NCBI RefSeq assembly: GCF_009909145.1
Contig: NZ_JAAAPJ010000005.1
Coordinates: 336,470 to 400,469 of the forward strand
From: Corallococcus silvisoli
GTDB lineage: Bacteria > Myxococcota > Myxococcia > Myxococcales > Myxococcaceae
Reading direction: 5' to 3'
Length of the DNA stretch: 64,000 bases
The position numbers and the translations under genes are program-made. Below, piece by piece: positions 13,767 to 24,115 of this stretch. The first letter of the stretch is position 1, and each line of letters begins with the position of its first letter. A model generated the notes under the pieces. It saw only the letters and a program-made list of their open reading frames with translations. It was not told the origin of the DNA and made no database searches.

Positions 13767-16040
13767 ATGCGCGTCGTACCGTCCATCCTGGAATCCGTCA
13801 CCGTTCACGCCGAAGGCGCGCTGTGCACCCGCGCGCTCGTGCTCTCCCCCGAGGACGGGCACCTGCCCGAACAGGTCCGCGTCGACGGCCTGCCCCTGGC
13901 CCTGCGAACAGCGACCCTGCGCGCCCGCGTGGTGGAGGGCCCCACCGGGCTCCTCGTCCGCGACCTGCGGCCCACGTTCGACGTGCGGCTGCCCGCCGAA
14001 TCGGACCTGCCCGCGGAGCTGCACGCGGCCGAAGCGGCGGAGGCCGCGCTGTCGGACGTGCTGGGCCGGCTGGAGCGGGTGCGCGCGGAGCTGGAGACCC
14101 TTCAGGGACTGGCGCCCTCCTTCCCGCCCCAGCGCAAGGGCCAGCTCCCGCGCGAGGCGCCCCTCGCCGCGATGCTGGCGCTGACGGGCTTCGTGGACGC
14201 GGAGCTGACGGCGCTGCATGCCCAGCGGCTGGAGCTGGAGCGGCAGTACCGCGACGCCACCCAAGAGCTGGAGCTGCGCCGCCGCCGCGTCCAGGAGCTG
14301 TCCTCCGCGCGAAGCGTGGACCGGGCCCGGCTCTTCCGCGCGGCCCTCCTCACGCTGTCCGGCCCCATCGCCGCGAACGCGGAGGCGCGCCTGGTGTTGG
14401 AGTACGCCGTGGCGGGCGCGCGATGGGTGCCCACCTACGACCTGCGCCTGCCGCGCACGCTGGAGGAAGGCACGCTGCGCATGCGTGCCGCCGTCATCCA
14501 GCGGACCGGCGAGGACTGGAAGGGGGTCCGGCTGTCGGTCTCCACCGCGAGCCTGGAGCGGCGCGCGGTGGTGCCGGAGCTGAAGTCGCTGCGCATCGGC
14601 CGCAGCCAGCCGGCGCCCGTGCGCTCGGGATGGCGTGAGCCCGCGCCGGGCCTGGACGAGCTGTTCGCGGGCTACGACGCCATGACGGTGCCGCCCCCTC
14701 TCGCGATGCCCGAGCCTCTTCCGCCCCCTCCGATGGACGAGCTGGACGCGGATGAGGACTCGTTCGGGAGCGTGGTGGCCTTCGAGGAGTCCTTGAAGGA
14801 GAAGTCGCCGAAGGCGATGTCGTCCTCGTATGGGGGCGCGCCGGGCGCTCCGCCCATGGCGCCCCCTTCCGTCTCCCGGCCCGCGCCGCCGCCCATGCCG
14901 GCTCCCAAGGCCGCGGCCCCCGCGCTGGGCGGAGTCCGCCCGTCGGCGGCCCCGAGCCGGAACCTCAGCGACGGCGGAGACCTCAGCCGGAGTTTCCGGC
15001 GGGATGCCCCGGGCCGGGGCGGCGGCGGGATGAGCAAGAAGCGCGCGGCCGAGGAGGAGAGCCTCGATGATGCCCCGATGATGGACCTGTCATCGGACCT
15101 CTCGGACGGCGAGGGCGGCGGCGGGGAGTCGCGGCGCACGAGGGCCCTGGAGCCCGCGGACAGCCTGTTCGACTACGACTCGCTGACGCTGGCCCCTCCG
15201 GGCGCTCCAGCCGAGCGCGGCCGGCTGACGCCCCGGCCGGCGCTCATCACGCAGGCGAGGCTGTCCGTCACTTCCGTGAGTCTCCAGGTCGAAGTGGTGC
15301 GCCTGGAGGCCCAGGCCTTCGTCACCGCCGAGTCCGTGAACACCGTGCCGCCGCCCACGTGGGCGGTGGCGCCGCGCGACTCCGCCCGGCACTTCGACGC
15401 GCGCTTCGACGCGGAGGCGGTCGCGGACGTGCCCGCCGACGGCGCGTGGCACACGGTGCCCATGCTGACGGTGCCCCTGGAGTTCCGCGCCGAATACGTC
15501 TGCGTGCCTTCGGTGGAGCCGCGGGTCTTCCGCACGGTGCGCCTGGACAATCGGACACCGCACCCGCTGCTCGCGGGGCCCGTGGACGTGACGCTCGGGG
15601 ATGAGTTCCTGATGACCTCTCCGCTGCCCACGCTCGGGCCCGGCGAGACGCAGCGGCTGGGATTGGGCGTGGAGGAAGCGATCCAGGTGGCGCGCAACAC
15701 GCGCTTCGAGGAAGCGACGGGCGGCATGTTCGGCAACAACACCGTCCTCACGCACCACGTCTCCGTGGAGGTGACCAACCACCTCGCGCGTCCCGCGACG
15801 CTCGCCATCTCCGAGCGCATCGGCGCGGTGCCCGAGTCCCAGAAGGACCTCAAGGTCGAGGAGGCGGAGGTCATCCCGCCCTGGCAGAAGCCCACGCCCC
15901 TGCCCGGAGAGGTCGCGGTGGAGGGCGAGCGGGTCTGGCGCATGAGCATGCCCGCCGGAGAGAAGCGTTCGATGAAGGCGACATGGGTCGTGAAGCTGCC
16001 CGGCAACAAGATGCTGTACGGCGGGAACCGGAGGACATGA
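13767..16040 (+). CDS. DUF4139 (mucoidy inhibitor MuiA-like) family protein with a ~150-aa Pro/Ala/Gly-rich insertion
   Basis: Hallmark ARWVPTYDLRLP...AAVIQRTGEDWKGVRLSVSTAS. ATG 13767 preceded by AAGAGGGGGG. Low-complexity insertion at about 14640-15190. Confidence 0.8.
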   Translation: MRVVPSILESVTVHAEGALCTRALVLSPEDGHLPEQVRVDGLPLALRTATLRARVVEGPTGLLVRDLRPTFDVRLPAESDLPAELHAAEAAEAALSDVLGRLERVRAELETLQGLAPSFPPQRKGQLPREAPLAAMLALTGFVDAELTALHAQRLELERQYRDATQELELRRRRVQELSSARSVDRARLFRAALLTLSGPIAANAEARLVLEYAVAGARWVPTYDLRLPRTLEEGTLRMRAAVIQRTGEDWKGVRLSVSTASLERRAVVPELKSLRIGRSQPAPVRSGWREPAPGLDELFAGYDAMTVPPPLAMPEPLPPPPMDELDADEDSFGSVVAFEESLKEKSPKAMSSSYGGAPGAPPMAPPSVSRPAPPPMPAPKAAAPALGGVRPSAAPSRNLSDGGDLSRSFRRDAPGRGGGGMSKKRAAEEESLDDAPMMDLSSDLSDGEGGGGESRRTRALEPADSLFDYDSLTLAPPGAPAERGRLTPRPALITQARLSVTSVSLQVEVVRLEAQAFVTAESVNTVPPPTWAVAPRDSARHFDARFDAEAVADVPADGAWHTVPMLTVPLEFRAEYVCVPSVEPRVFRTVRLDNRTPHPLLAGPVDVTLGDEFLMTSPLPTLGPGETQRLGLGVEEAIQVARNTRFEEATGGMFGNNTVLTHHVSVEVTNHLARPATLAISERIGAVPESQKDLKVEEAEVIPPWQKPTPLPGEVAVEGERVWRMSMPAGEKRSMKATWVVKLPGNKMLYGGNRRT

Positions 16041-17599
16041 TGCGCACTTCCATTCTGTTGCCCCTGGTCAAGGTGACGGTCCTGGAGGACCGGGCCCTCA
16101 TCGAGCGCACCGGCGAGGTGACGCTGCCTCCGGGCCCGTGCCGCCTCGCGGTGGACGGCCTGCCGGCGGTGGCCGTGGACCGCTCGCTTCAAGCGAAGCT
16201 CTCAGGTGGCGTGGTGACCCAGGCCAGCCTGCGCCGCTCGATGCGCGCGGTGCTCCCGGAGGCCCTGCGCGAACACGCCACGGAGCTGGCCCGCCGCGCC
16301 TTCGAGCGCGAGCAGGAGCTGGAGCGCGCGCAGGCGGAGGTCGGTCGCCTGGAGACGCGGCGCGACCTGCTGGAGGCCGCGCGGACCGAGGTCTTCCGCG
16401 CCATCAGCGAGCGCACCGGCGCGGGCGAGGCGGATCCGACGCGCTGGAAGGAACAGCTCGAAACGCTGCGCAAGGAGCAGGCCGCGACGGACGACACGCT
16501 CTGGCAGGCCCGGCGCTCCGCGGCGCGCCTCCAACGCCAGCATGAGCAGGAGACCCGCGAGGTGCTGGCGCGCACGGCTCCCGCCGAGCCCACGGTGGAC
16601 GTGCGCGCGGAGCTGGACGTGAGCCACGCGACGGGCGGGCCGGTGACGTTGACGCTGACGTACCTGGTGCCCTGCGCCGCATGGCGGCCCGCGTATCGCG
16701 CGGCCCTGAGCCTCGCGGACGAGGGCTCGACGGTGGCGTTGGAGTGCGAGGCCGTCGTCTGGCAGAACACGGGCGAGGCCTGGAAGGACGTGACGCTGGC
16801 CTTCTCCACGGCGCGCCCCACGCTGGGTGCCACGCCCCCCAGGCTCGAGGAGGACTGGCTGTCCCTGCGGGACAAGACAGCGCGAGAGAAGCAGGTGGTG
16901 GAGGTCTCCGTCCGCGAGGAGTCCATCCAGACGACCGGCGAGGCCGGGACCTCGAAGGCCGCGGATGCGCTGCCCGGCATGGACGACGGCGGAGCGCCGG
17001 TGACGCTGTCCACGCCCCACAAGGTCACGGTGCCGTCGGACGGCGAGGCGCACCGCGTGGCGCTGTTCGCGTTCACGGCGCCCGCGACGTCGGAGCTGGT
17101 GGCCTGCCCGGAGCAGTCGCCGCTGGTGCACCGGGTGGCGCGGTTCGCCAACACGGGGCCGACGGTGCTGATGGCCGGGCCGGTGGACCTGGTGCGCTCG
17201 AAGGGCTACGTGGGCCGCGCGCAGCTCAAGTTCGCGGGCCGGGGCGAGCGCGTGAAGCTGGGCTTCGGCAGCGAGGACTCGCTGCGCGTGTCACGGCAGG
17301 CGGAGTCGAGCGAGGAGGTCGCGCGCATCACCAGCCGGCGCACGAACACGGAGCGGGTGAAGCTGTTCGTCTCCAACATGGGGGCGATGCCGGCGAACCT
17401 GGTGGTGGAGGAGCGCATGCCGGTGTCCGAGGTGGAGGCCGTGGAGGTGGCGCTGCTCAAGGACGCCACGAAGCCCGCGCCCACGAAGGTGAGCGACGAC
17501 GGCATCGTGCGCTTCGAGTTGAACGTCCCGCCGCGCTCCCGGCAGACGGTGTCCTTCGGCTTCACGGTGGCCCGCTCCGGGAAGGTCTCGGGCCTGTAG
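16037..17599 (+). CDS. DUF4139 (MuiA-like) family protein, paralog of the upstream gene
   Basis: AAWRPAYRAALSL...AVVWQNTGEAWKDVTLAFSTARP. Its ATG overlaps the upstream TGA (ATGA). Confidence 0.8.
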   Translation: MMRTSILLPLVKVTVLEDRALIERTGEVTLPPGPCRLAVDGLPAVAVDRSLQAKLSGGVVTQASLRRSMRAVLPEALREHATELARRAFEREQELERAQAEVGRLETRRDLLEAARTEVFRAISERTGAGEADPTRWKEQLETLRKEQAATDDTLWQARRSAARLQRQHEQETREVLARTAPAEPTVDVRAELDVSHATGGPVTLTLTYLVPCAAWRPAYRAALSLADEGSTVALECEAVVWQNTGEAWKDVTLAFSTARPTLGATPPRLEEDWLSLRDKTAREKQVVEVSVREESIQTTGEAGTSKAADALPGMDDGGAPVTLSTPHKVTVPSDGEAHRVALFAFTAPATSELVACPEQSPLVHRVARFANTGPTVLMAGPVDLVRSKGYVGRAQLKFAGRGERVKLGFGSEDSLRVSRQAESSEEVARITSRRTNTERVKLFVSNMGAMPANLVVEERMPVSEVEAVEVALLKDATKPAPTKVSDDGIVRFELNVPPRSRQTVSFGFTVARSGKVSGL

Positions 17600-17614
17600 G
17601 AGAGAGTCCACGCC

Positions 17615-18379
17615 ATGCCCTTCGCGACGAAGTCCGGCCGCCGCATCCACTACGAGGTCCAGGGACGTGGGCCTCCCCTGCTCCTCCTGCACGGCCTGCT
17701 CCAGCTGGGCTCGCACTGGGCCCTCAAGGGGTACCTGCCCGCGCTGACGGAGGCGTACACCGTGGTGACCTTCGACTCGCTGGGGCACGGGCGGAGCGAA
17801 GCGCCCCACGACCTGGAGGCCTACAGGCTGCGGCACCGGGTGGAGGACGTGCTGTCGGTGCTCGACACGCTGTCCATCGGCAGGGCCCAGGCGTGGGGCT
17901 ATTCGATGGGCGGTTGGACGCTGTGCGGGCTGGCCGCCGCCGCGCCGGAGCGGCTGACGTCCTACGTGGTGGGCGGTTGGGATCCCGTCGTCGGGCTGCC
18001 CATCGCCTACGCGGCCCTGGCGAAGCAGCTCAAGTCGTCCGAGGAAGTGGATTGGTTCCACGTGCTCCTGATGGGCGCGCGGCGAGCCCCGGAGCTGGCG
18101 GAGGCCATCGACGCGGGCGACCTGGAGGCCCTGCGCCTGTGCCTGAGGGCCTGCGAGGACTCAGCGGGCCAGGATGAAGCGCTGGTCCGCTCCGGGCGAC
18201 CGGGGCTCTTGTACTGCGGGGAGAAGGACCCGTACCACGACGCCATGAAGGGGGTGGCGGAGCGGGCGGGCGCGGCCTTCGCCACCATCGAACACGCGGA
18301 CCATGGTGGAGCCTGGGCGAAGGCCCCCAAGGTGCTGCCGCACGTCCTGCCGTTCCTCGCGTCGACCGCGTCGAAGTGA
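17615..18379 (+). CDS. Alpha/beta hydrolase
   Basis: LLLLHG oxyanion region and nucleophile elbow GYSMGG. AGGAGAGAG lies upstream. Starts 15 nt after the previous gene. Confidence 0.85.
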   Translation: MPFATKSGRRIHYEVQGRGPPLLLLHGLLQLGSHWALKGYLPALTEAYTVVTFDSLGHGRSEAPHDLEAYRLRHRVEDVLSVLDTLSIGRAQAWGYSMGGWTLCGLAAAAPERLTSYVVGGWDPVVGLPIAYAALAKQLKSSEEVDWFHVLLMGARRAPELAEAIDAGDLEALRLCLRACEDSAGQDEALVRSGRPGLLYCGEKDPYHDAMKGVAERAGAAFATIEHADHGGAWAKAPKVLPHVLPFLASTASK

Positions 18380-18380
18380 C

Positions 18381-18414
18381 CCCCGGCCTGACCGGGGCGC
18401 GGGTGAGACCGCGC
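18381..18414. terminator. Two short GC hairpins between convergent genes
   Basis: CCCCGG-cctga-CCGGGG and GCGCGG-gtgaga-CCGCGC. No T-tract. Confidence 0.25.
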
Positions 18415-18431
18415 GCCCGCTCCGGCGCGGC

Positions 18432-19607
18432 TCAGCGCAAGGGCGCCACCAGCTGGCGGAGCTGGTTCTTCGCGGCGGACTCCGGGACACGCCGGAAGAG
18501 CGCATCGCGGACAAAGCGAGCGGCCGTGCTCTCCCACTGGGCCATCCGTCCCACCTGGTGTGAGCGCACGACCATCGCGTTGGCGCGCTTCACCCGGATG
18601 GCCTCGTAGGCGCGCAGCGCGTCCTCCACGCTCCCGGGAGCCGTCAGACACTCCGCCAGCACCACGCCGTCCTCGATGGCCTGACATCCCCCCTGCCCCA
18701 GGTTCGGGGTCATCGGGTGCGCGGCGTCTCCCAGGAGCGTCACCCGTCCGCGGCTCCAGTGCGCCAGCGGCGGCCGGTCGTGGATGTCCGTGCGCAGGAC
18801 GCGCTCGGGAGGCGTCGCCGCGAGCAGTCGCGCGATGGGCGCATGCCACCCCGCGAAACGCTCCTGGAGGACCGCGAGCGTCTGGCCCGGAGCATCCTCC
18901 GCCCCCGCGGGGGCGTTGAGCGTGGCGTACCAGTACACCTCGCCGTGACCGATGGGCACGATGCCGAAGCGCGCCCCGGGCCCCCACGTCTCGATCATCT
19001 GGCCCGCCGTGACCCACTCCGCGCCCGGGCAGACGCCACGCCAGCTGGTGTAGCCGGAGTACCGCGTGGGCTCGTCGCCCCGAAGGCCGGAGCGCACGAC
19101 GGAGCGCAGGCCATCCGCGCCCACCAGCACGTCGCCGGAGACGGTGGTGCCGTCGGACAGCGACACCGTGACGTGCCCCTCCGCGTCCTGGAAGCCCGTC
19201 ACCGACACGCCCAGCCGCACGGCGTCCTCGGGGCCCGCATGGGCGCGCAGGACGGCCTGGAGGCGGGCGCGGTGGATGGCGACCATCGGGGCATCCAGCT
19301 CCTGCTGGAGCGAGCGCACGTCGACGCGGCTGATGCGTCGCCCCGCCAAGTCGAGGATGAGGGTCTGCTCGGGCCGCTCGCCTTCCGCCACGACGGCGTC
19401 ACACAGGCCGATCCTGCGCAGGGCGAGCGCCGCGTTCATCTGCACGATGATGCCCGCGCCGACCTGCCGCAGCGCCTCCGCGCGCTCGAACACCGTGGCG
19501 CGAACGCCGGCCCGCTGGAGCGCGCACGCCAGCGTGAGGCCGCCAATGCCCGCGCCCGCGATGAGGACATGGCGGGAGGACGGAGGCGCGACGAGGGGAG
19601 GAGTCAT
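18432..19607 (-). CDS. FAD-dependent monooxygenase (UbiH/salicylate hydroxylase-like)
   Basis: Dinucleotide-binding motif VLIAGAGIGGLTLA. DG motif region and GDAAHPMTPNLGQGG. The track start is TTG 19643 (overlapping the upstream stop); ATG 19607 is preferred. Confidence 0.85.
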   Translation of the reverse strand: MTPPLVAPPSSRHVLIAGAGIGGLTLACALQRAGVRATVFERAEALRQVGAGIIVQMNAALALRRIGLCDAVVAEGERPEQTLILDLAGRRISRVDVRSLQQELDAPMVAIHRARLQAVLRAHAGPEDAVRLGVSVTGFQDAEGHVTVSLSDGTTVSGDVLVGADGLRSVVRSGLRGDEPTRYSGYTSWRGVCPGAEWVTAGQMIETWGPGARFGIVPIGHGEVYWYATLNAPAGAEDAPGQTLAVLQERFAGWHAPIARLLAATPPERVLRTDIHDRPPLAHWSRGRVTLLGDAAHPMTPNLGQGGCQAIEDGVVLAECLTAPGSVEDALRAYEAIRVKRANAMVVRSHQVGRMAQWESTAARFVRDALFRRVPESAAKNQLRQLVAPLR

Positions 19608-19639
19608 GGTGGGCCTCGCGGGAAGGCCGGGGCTGGCGC

Positions 19640-20488
19640 TCAACCGAACCAGCGGCCGGAGTCAGGCGCGAAGACTCGCACGCGCTCCAGGAGTGAGGCG
19701 GGGAGGCGGGCCTGGAGGGTCGCATGGACCTGCGCGGGGCTGTAAGCCTGACTGAAGTGCATCAGGACCAGGGCCTCGTTCTGGAAGCGGTCGGCCATGG
19801 CGGCGATCTCCTCCAGGTGGATGTGCGCCCGCTCCTGCGCGTCGCGCACGGTGCGCTCCGAGTCAATGAACGTGCACTCCAGGATGAGCACGCGGCTGTC
19901 GAACAGGGACGGCTGGCGCTCCAATACATTGGAGAGCGTGTCGGTGCAGTAGGCCAGCTCCAGGCGCTCGACTTCATCGAACAGGGGCTCACCGGCCTGC
20001 CTCCGGCGGCCGATCTCCGCTGGAGGCAGCTCGCGGTACTCGGCCTTGAGCTTGGCGACGCGGCGGAGGAACTGGTAGCCCAGCGAGGGCACGGGGTGGT
20101 GCGTGCGAAAGGCGCGCACCCACAGGTCCTGCTGCACCTTCACGGTGTCGCCGGGCCGCAGGGGAACGGTGCGGATGTCCGACTTCATGCGGTGCAGCCG
20201 CCCCAGGGCCGCGAGCGCCTCCTGCACGGGCGCTTCGATCTCCGCCGGAAGGTAGACGAACGGAGGCCCCTTCCCCACGAGCGCGCGGATGCCCAGGAGC
20301 GAGCCCAGGGCGCTGGCGTGGTCCGCGTGGCCATGGCTCAGGAAGATGCGGTCGGTGCCAGCGAAGGACCGGATGGGGATGCCGGCATCCAGCAACACCC
20401 CCAGCTCCGGGACCAGGAGCGACGTGTACACGCCGCCCACGGACACACCGCGCACGGTATAGGGGCCCGCCTGCACTTCGGTCAGCAT
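19640..20488 (-). CDS. MBL-fold metallo-hydrolase (RNase Z/ElaC-like)
   Basis: HxHxDH motif in FLSHGHADHASAL. Confidence 0.8.
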   Translation of the reverse strand: MLTEVQAGPYTVRGVSVGGVYTSLLVPELGVLLDAGIPIRSFAGTDRIFLSHGHADHASALGSLLGIRALVGKGPPFVYLPAEIEAPVQEALAALGRLHRMKSDIRTVPLRPGDTVKVQQDLWVRAFRTHHPVPSLGYQFLRRVAKLKAEYRELPPAEIGRRRQAGEPLFDEVERLELAYCTDTLSNVLERQPSLFDSRVLILECTFIDSERTVRDAQERAHIHLEEIAAMADRFQNEALVLMHFSQAYSPAQVHATLQARLPASLLERVRVFAPDSGRWFG

Positions 20489-20540
20489 GGGGACCAGCTT
20501 ACGCGGACTTTGAACGGGACCGGCGGCCCCAGGACGCGCG

Positions 20541-21608
20541 TCAGTTCTTCGCGCGCTCGTACTGGTGCGGCCACATCACGTCCGCGCGCAGCTCCTTCGC
20601 GGCGCGCAGCGGCCAGTACGGATCCCTCAGGAGCTCCCGGGCCAGGATGACGACGTCCGCCTGCCCGGTGACGAGCACGTGCTCCGCCTGGAACGCGGAG
20701 CGGATCATCCCCACCGCGCCCGTCATCACGCCCGTCTCCTGGCGCACCTTCTCCGCCAGGTGCGTCTGGTAGCCCGGCCCCACCGGGATCTTCGCGGTGG
20801 CCACCACGCCCCCCGACGAGCAGTCGATGAGGTCCACGCCCTCCTTCGCCACCAGCCGCGCCAGCGCCACCGACTCCTCCGGCGTCCAGCCCCCCTCCAC
20901 CCAGTCCGTCGCGGAGATGCGCATGAAGAGCGGCAACGACTCCGGCCACTTCGAGCGCACCGCGCGCGTCACCTCCAGCGCGAAGCGCGTGCGGTTCTCG
21001 AACGACCCGCCGTACCGGTCCGTCCGCGTGTTCGACAGCGGCGACAGGAACTCATGCAGCAGGTAGCCGTGCGCCGCGTGCAGCTCGATGACCTGGAACC
21101 CCGCCGCCTTCGCGCGCACCGCCGCGTCCGCGAACGCCTTCACGACGCGCGCGATGCCCGCCTCATCCAGCGCCGCGGGCACCGGATAGCCCTCCGTGAA
21201 CGACTCCGTCGTGGGCCCGAACGGCGTCCAGCCCCCGTCCTCCGGAGCCACCCGCGCCCCCGCGTCCCAGGGCCGGGGCGTGGACGCCTTGCGCCCCGCG
21301 TGCGCCAGCTGCACGCCCGACGCGGCCCCATTCTGGTGCAGGAAGCGGTTGATGCGCGCCAGCTGCTCCACGTGCGCGTCCTTCCACAACCCCAGGTCCT
21401 GCGGCGAGATGCGCCCCTCCGGCTCCACGGCCGTGGCCTCCGTCAGGATGAGCCCCGCGCCGCCCACCGCGCGGCTGCCCAGGTGCACCACGTGCCACTC
21501 GTTGGCGAAGCCGTCCTCGCTCGAGTACTGGCACATGGGCGAGACCACGACACGGTTTCGCAACGTGATGTCCCGCAGCTTCAACGGGCTGAAGAGCTTG
21601 CTGCTCAT
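20541..21608 (-). CDS. NADH:flavin oxidoreductase, Old Yellow Enzyme family (YqjM/NamA-like)
   Basis: VVSPMCQYS, HAGRK and HAAHGYLLHEFLSPLSN. Start overlaps the def stop (ATGA). Confidence 0.9.
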   Translation of the reverse strand: MSSKLFSPLKLRDITLRNRVVVSPMCQYSSEDGFANEWHVVHLGSRAVGGAGLILTEATAVEPEGRISPQDLGLWKDAHVEQLARINRFLHQNGAASGVQLAHAGRKASTPRPWDAGARVAPEDGGWTPFGPTTESFTEGYPVPAALDEAGIARVVKAFADAAVRAKAAGFQVIELHAAHGYLLHEFLSPLSNTRTDRYGGSFENRTRFALEVTRAVRSKWPESLPLFMRISATDWVEGGWTPEESVALARLVAKEGVDLIDCSSGGVVATAKIPVGPGYQTHLAEKVRQETGVMTGAVGMIRSAFQAEHVLVTGQADVVILARELLRDPYWPLRAAKELRADVMWPHQYERAKN

Positions 21609-22231
21609 GACTTGTCCTCCGGGGAAATCGAAACCTGCTGCTCCGCCAGCCCCAGCGCCGCGCGCACCTGGGCCGTGCTCCTGCCCAGCCAGTGCCGCCG
21701 GTGGTTCTCCTGCGTCGTGAGGCTGCGCGTCTCCATGCGGTCCACGTAGAGCGTGCCGTCCAGGTGATCCACCTCATGCTGGAGGATGCGCGCGTACCAG
21801 CCCCGCGCCGACACCGTCACCGGCTTCCCGTGCTCGTCCAGCGCCTCCACCCGCACGCCGCGTGCCCGGGACACCAGCGCCGCGAGCCCGTTCACGCTCA
21901 GACACCCTTCGTGGAACTCCATCGGCGTGGGGTCCTCCACCACCAGCCGCGGGTTGATCAACACGTGGAAGCCCACCGGCGCCCGCTCCCGCGAGGCGAG
22001 GTCCGCGGCCGAGGCTCCGGCCTGGTACTCGGCGCGGTCCTCGATGACGACCAGCCGCACGCCCACCCCCACCTGGGGCGCCGCCAACCCCACGCCGGGG
22101 GCATCCCGCATCGTGTCGCGCATCAGCGCGATGAGCTGGCGCGTGGCCTCGCCGCCAATCTCCTCGGGGGTCAGCTCTCGCGCGCGCTGGCGCAGCACCG
22201 GTTCTCCTGCCTGGACGATTTTCAGCACCAT
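21605..22231 (-). CDS. def: Peptide deformylase
   Basis: The three deformylase motifs GVGLAAPQVG, EGCLS and HEVDHL. The track ORF is trimmed to ATG 22231 (MVLKIVQAGEPVLR). Confidence 0.92.
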   Translation of the reverse strand: MVLKIVQAGEPVLRQRARELTPEEIGGEATRQLIALMRDTMRDAPGVGLAAPQVGVGVRLVVIEDRAEYQAGASAADLASRERAPVGFHVLINPRLVVEDPTPMEFHEGCLSVNGLAALVSRARGVRVEALDEHGKPVTVSARGWYARILQHEVDHLDGTLYVDRMETRSLTTQENHRRHWLGRSTAQVRAALGLAEQQVSISPEDKS

Positions 22232-22370
22232 GGTGGCCCCCACCGTAACAATCGCTCTCCCGCCGCGCCGCATCCCCGTGAAGCGGGCACGGGCCCGGCC
22301 GCCGGGTTCCCCACGGGGAGGGCAACCCCTGGCGTGGAGGGGTGCCACTGACGGTAGGCTGCGTCGCACC

Positions 22371-22868
22371 ATGGCTCGCCGCAAGAAGGCCGAAGAGACC
22401 ACCGCCCGGGTGCGCAACCTGCTCGCCCTCGACGCCGCCGGCATCATGCGGAGGCTCGCCGCGCGCAGGGAGGAGATGTTCCTGCTCTTCTCCCGCCTGC
22501 GCAGCCGAGGGCCGCTGGTGGAGACGGTGGCGTCGCGCTACGCGGAGGGCGCCTTCGCCCAGCTCATCCACCTCCCCGAACAGGAGCAGGCGGTGGTGGA
22601 CCACTTCTACGCGCGCCTGGACGAGCTGCGCTGGTACTTCACCTACACCGAGGACATGCCCGGCACCGCGCACCAGACCTTCATCGCGCTGCACCGCAGG
22701 CTGGAGGAGAGCTACCGCCTGTTCGTGGAGACGCTGGGGCTGCCCGTGCAACCCGACGGCGTGCGCGTGGTGAACGCGGAGGCCGTCCGCCACGAGGAGG
22801 TCGCCGCGGAGCCCACGCCGGTGGCGCTCGCCCCGCTGCCCCGCCGCCGGCGCGCGCCGCCCGCCTGA
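22371..22868 (+). CDS. Hypothetical protein (165 aa)
   Basis: High GC3 from ATG 22371 (MARRKKAEETTARV...). The upstream part of track ORF 21786-22868 is antisense to def. No motif recognised. Confidence 0.7.
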   Translation: MARRKKAEETTARVRNLLALDAAGIMRRLAARREEMFLLFSRLRSRGPLVETVASRYAEGAFAQLIHLPEQEQAVVDHFYARLDELRWYFTYTEDMPGTAHQTFIALHRRLEESYRLFVETLGLPVQPDGVRVVNAEAVRHEEVAAEPTPVALAPLPRRRRAPPA

Positions 22869-22869
22869 C

Positions 22870-24018
22870 TCAGGCCGCGGAGGCCTCCGCCGCGTCCGCC
22901 GCCGACATCTCGGGGGCCGGAGCCTTCACCAGCCGCTTCATGGACGCCTTGCCCACGACGACGTCCACCATCTTCCGCGCGCGCGTCCAGACGCTCTCCT
23001 GCACGTACGGGATGCCGTACTTCTCGCACAGGGCGCGCACGTGTGGCTGCGCCTCGCGGTACTTCAGCATCGGCAGGTCCGGCCAGAGGTGGTGTTCAAT
23101 CTGGTAGTTCAGCCACAGGTGCGCGAAGTCGTTGAGGTCGCCGCCCGTGCGGTAGTTCGCGCTGCCCAGCACCTGCTGCACCATGCGCTCCGACTTGTTC
23201 GCGGGCGCGGAGTCGAAGCGGTACAGGTCCTCGCCGGTGTGGTTGGGCCCCACGACGAAGAACGTGTGCAGGTTGGTGACGACGTCCGCCAGCACGGAGT
23301 TGCACAGCACGCTGAACGCCGCCCACGGGCCCAGCAGCCCGAAGACCGCCGGGTACAGTCCAAAGTAGACCGCCGCGTACGGCAGGTAGCAGCGCGAGAG
23401 GAGCTCCCACACCTCCGCGCGCGTCAGCGCCCCACCCTCGCGGCGCCCCTTGCGCCGCAGCGACCCCAGCGTCTCCGGCGCGTAGTAGCTCGCGCGCCAG
23501 GTGATGGCCAGCAGCGCCAGCTGCACGTAGCGCAGCGGCAGCGGCCGGCCGGTGTCGCGCAGCGTGCCCTCCGCGTTGCGCTCCAGCAGATCCGGATCCG
23601 CGTCCTCGCCCGTGTGCGAGTGGTGCAGCACGTTGTGCTCGAAGACCCACGCCTCCGGCAGCATCCAGTCCAGCCAGTCCACGAACCTGCGGGCCCCCTT
23701 CGCGAAGCCCTTGCTGGTGCGCGACGCGGGCATGCCCGGCACCCGGTCGTAGCCCCGGTGCCCCACGTGGTGCATGAGCAGCCAGCGCGTGGAGCGCCCC
23801 AGCCCCAGCGCCACCGCGCTCAGCGGGTTGGGGGCGATCCACGCCGTGGCCACGCCCAGCGCCGTGGCCACCCGCCCCCAGCGCTCCAGCTTGCGCAGGT
23901 GCGCCGCGTCCGCCTCGCCCAGGTTCGCGTCCAGCCGGGCGCGCAGCGCCTTCAGCTCCTGGTGGAACCCCTCCACGTCCACGGAGGCGAGGTCGAAGTC
24001 GGGGGTACCGCGAGACAT
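22870..24018 (-). CDS. Membrane fatty-acid desaturase family protein
   Basis: Histidine boxes HHVGH, HNVLHHSH and QIEHHLWP. GAGGAG lies 7 nt upstream of ATG 24018. Confidence 0.85.
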   Translation of the reverse strand: MSRGTPDFDLASVDVEGFHQELKALRARLDANLGEADAAHLRKLERWGRVATALGVATAWIAPNPLSAVALGLGRSTRWLLMHHVGHRGYDRVPGMPASRTSKGFAKGARRFVDWLDWMLPEAWVFEHNVLHHSHTGEDADPDLLERNAEGTLRDTGRPLPLRYVQLALLAITWRASYYAPETLGSLRRKGRREGGALTRAEVWELLSRCYLPYAAVYFGLYPAVFGLLGPWAAFSVLCNSVLADVVTNLHTFFVVGPNHTGEDLYRFDSAPANKSERMVQQVLGSANYRTGGDLNDFAHLWLNYQIEHHLWPDLPMLKYREAQPHVRALCEKYGIPYVQESVWTRARKMVDVVVGKASMKRLVKAPAPEMSAADAAEASAA

Positions 24019-24115
24019 GGAGGAACTCCTCGGGAGCGGGACGGAAACCAAGGCACGGCCAAGGCGGGCCGCACGGTAGCCTCCGCCCGCGCTCGCGAAA
24101 AGCCTCCCGGCCCGC

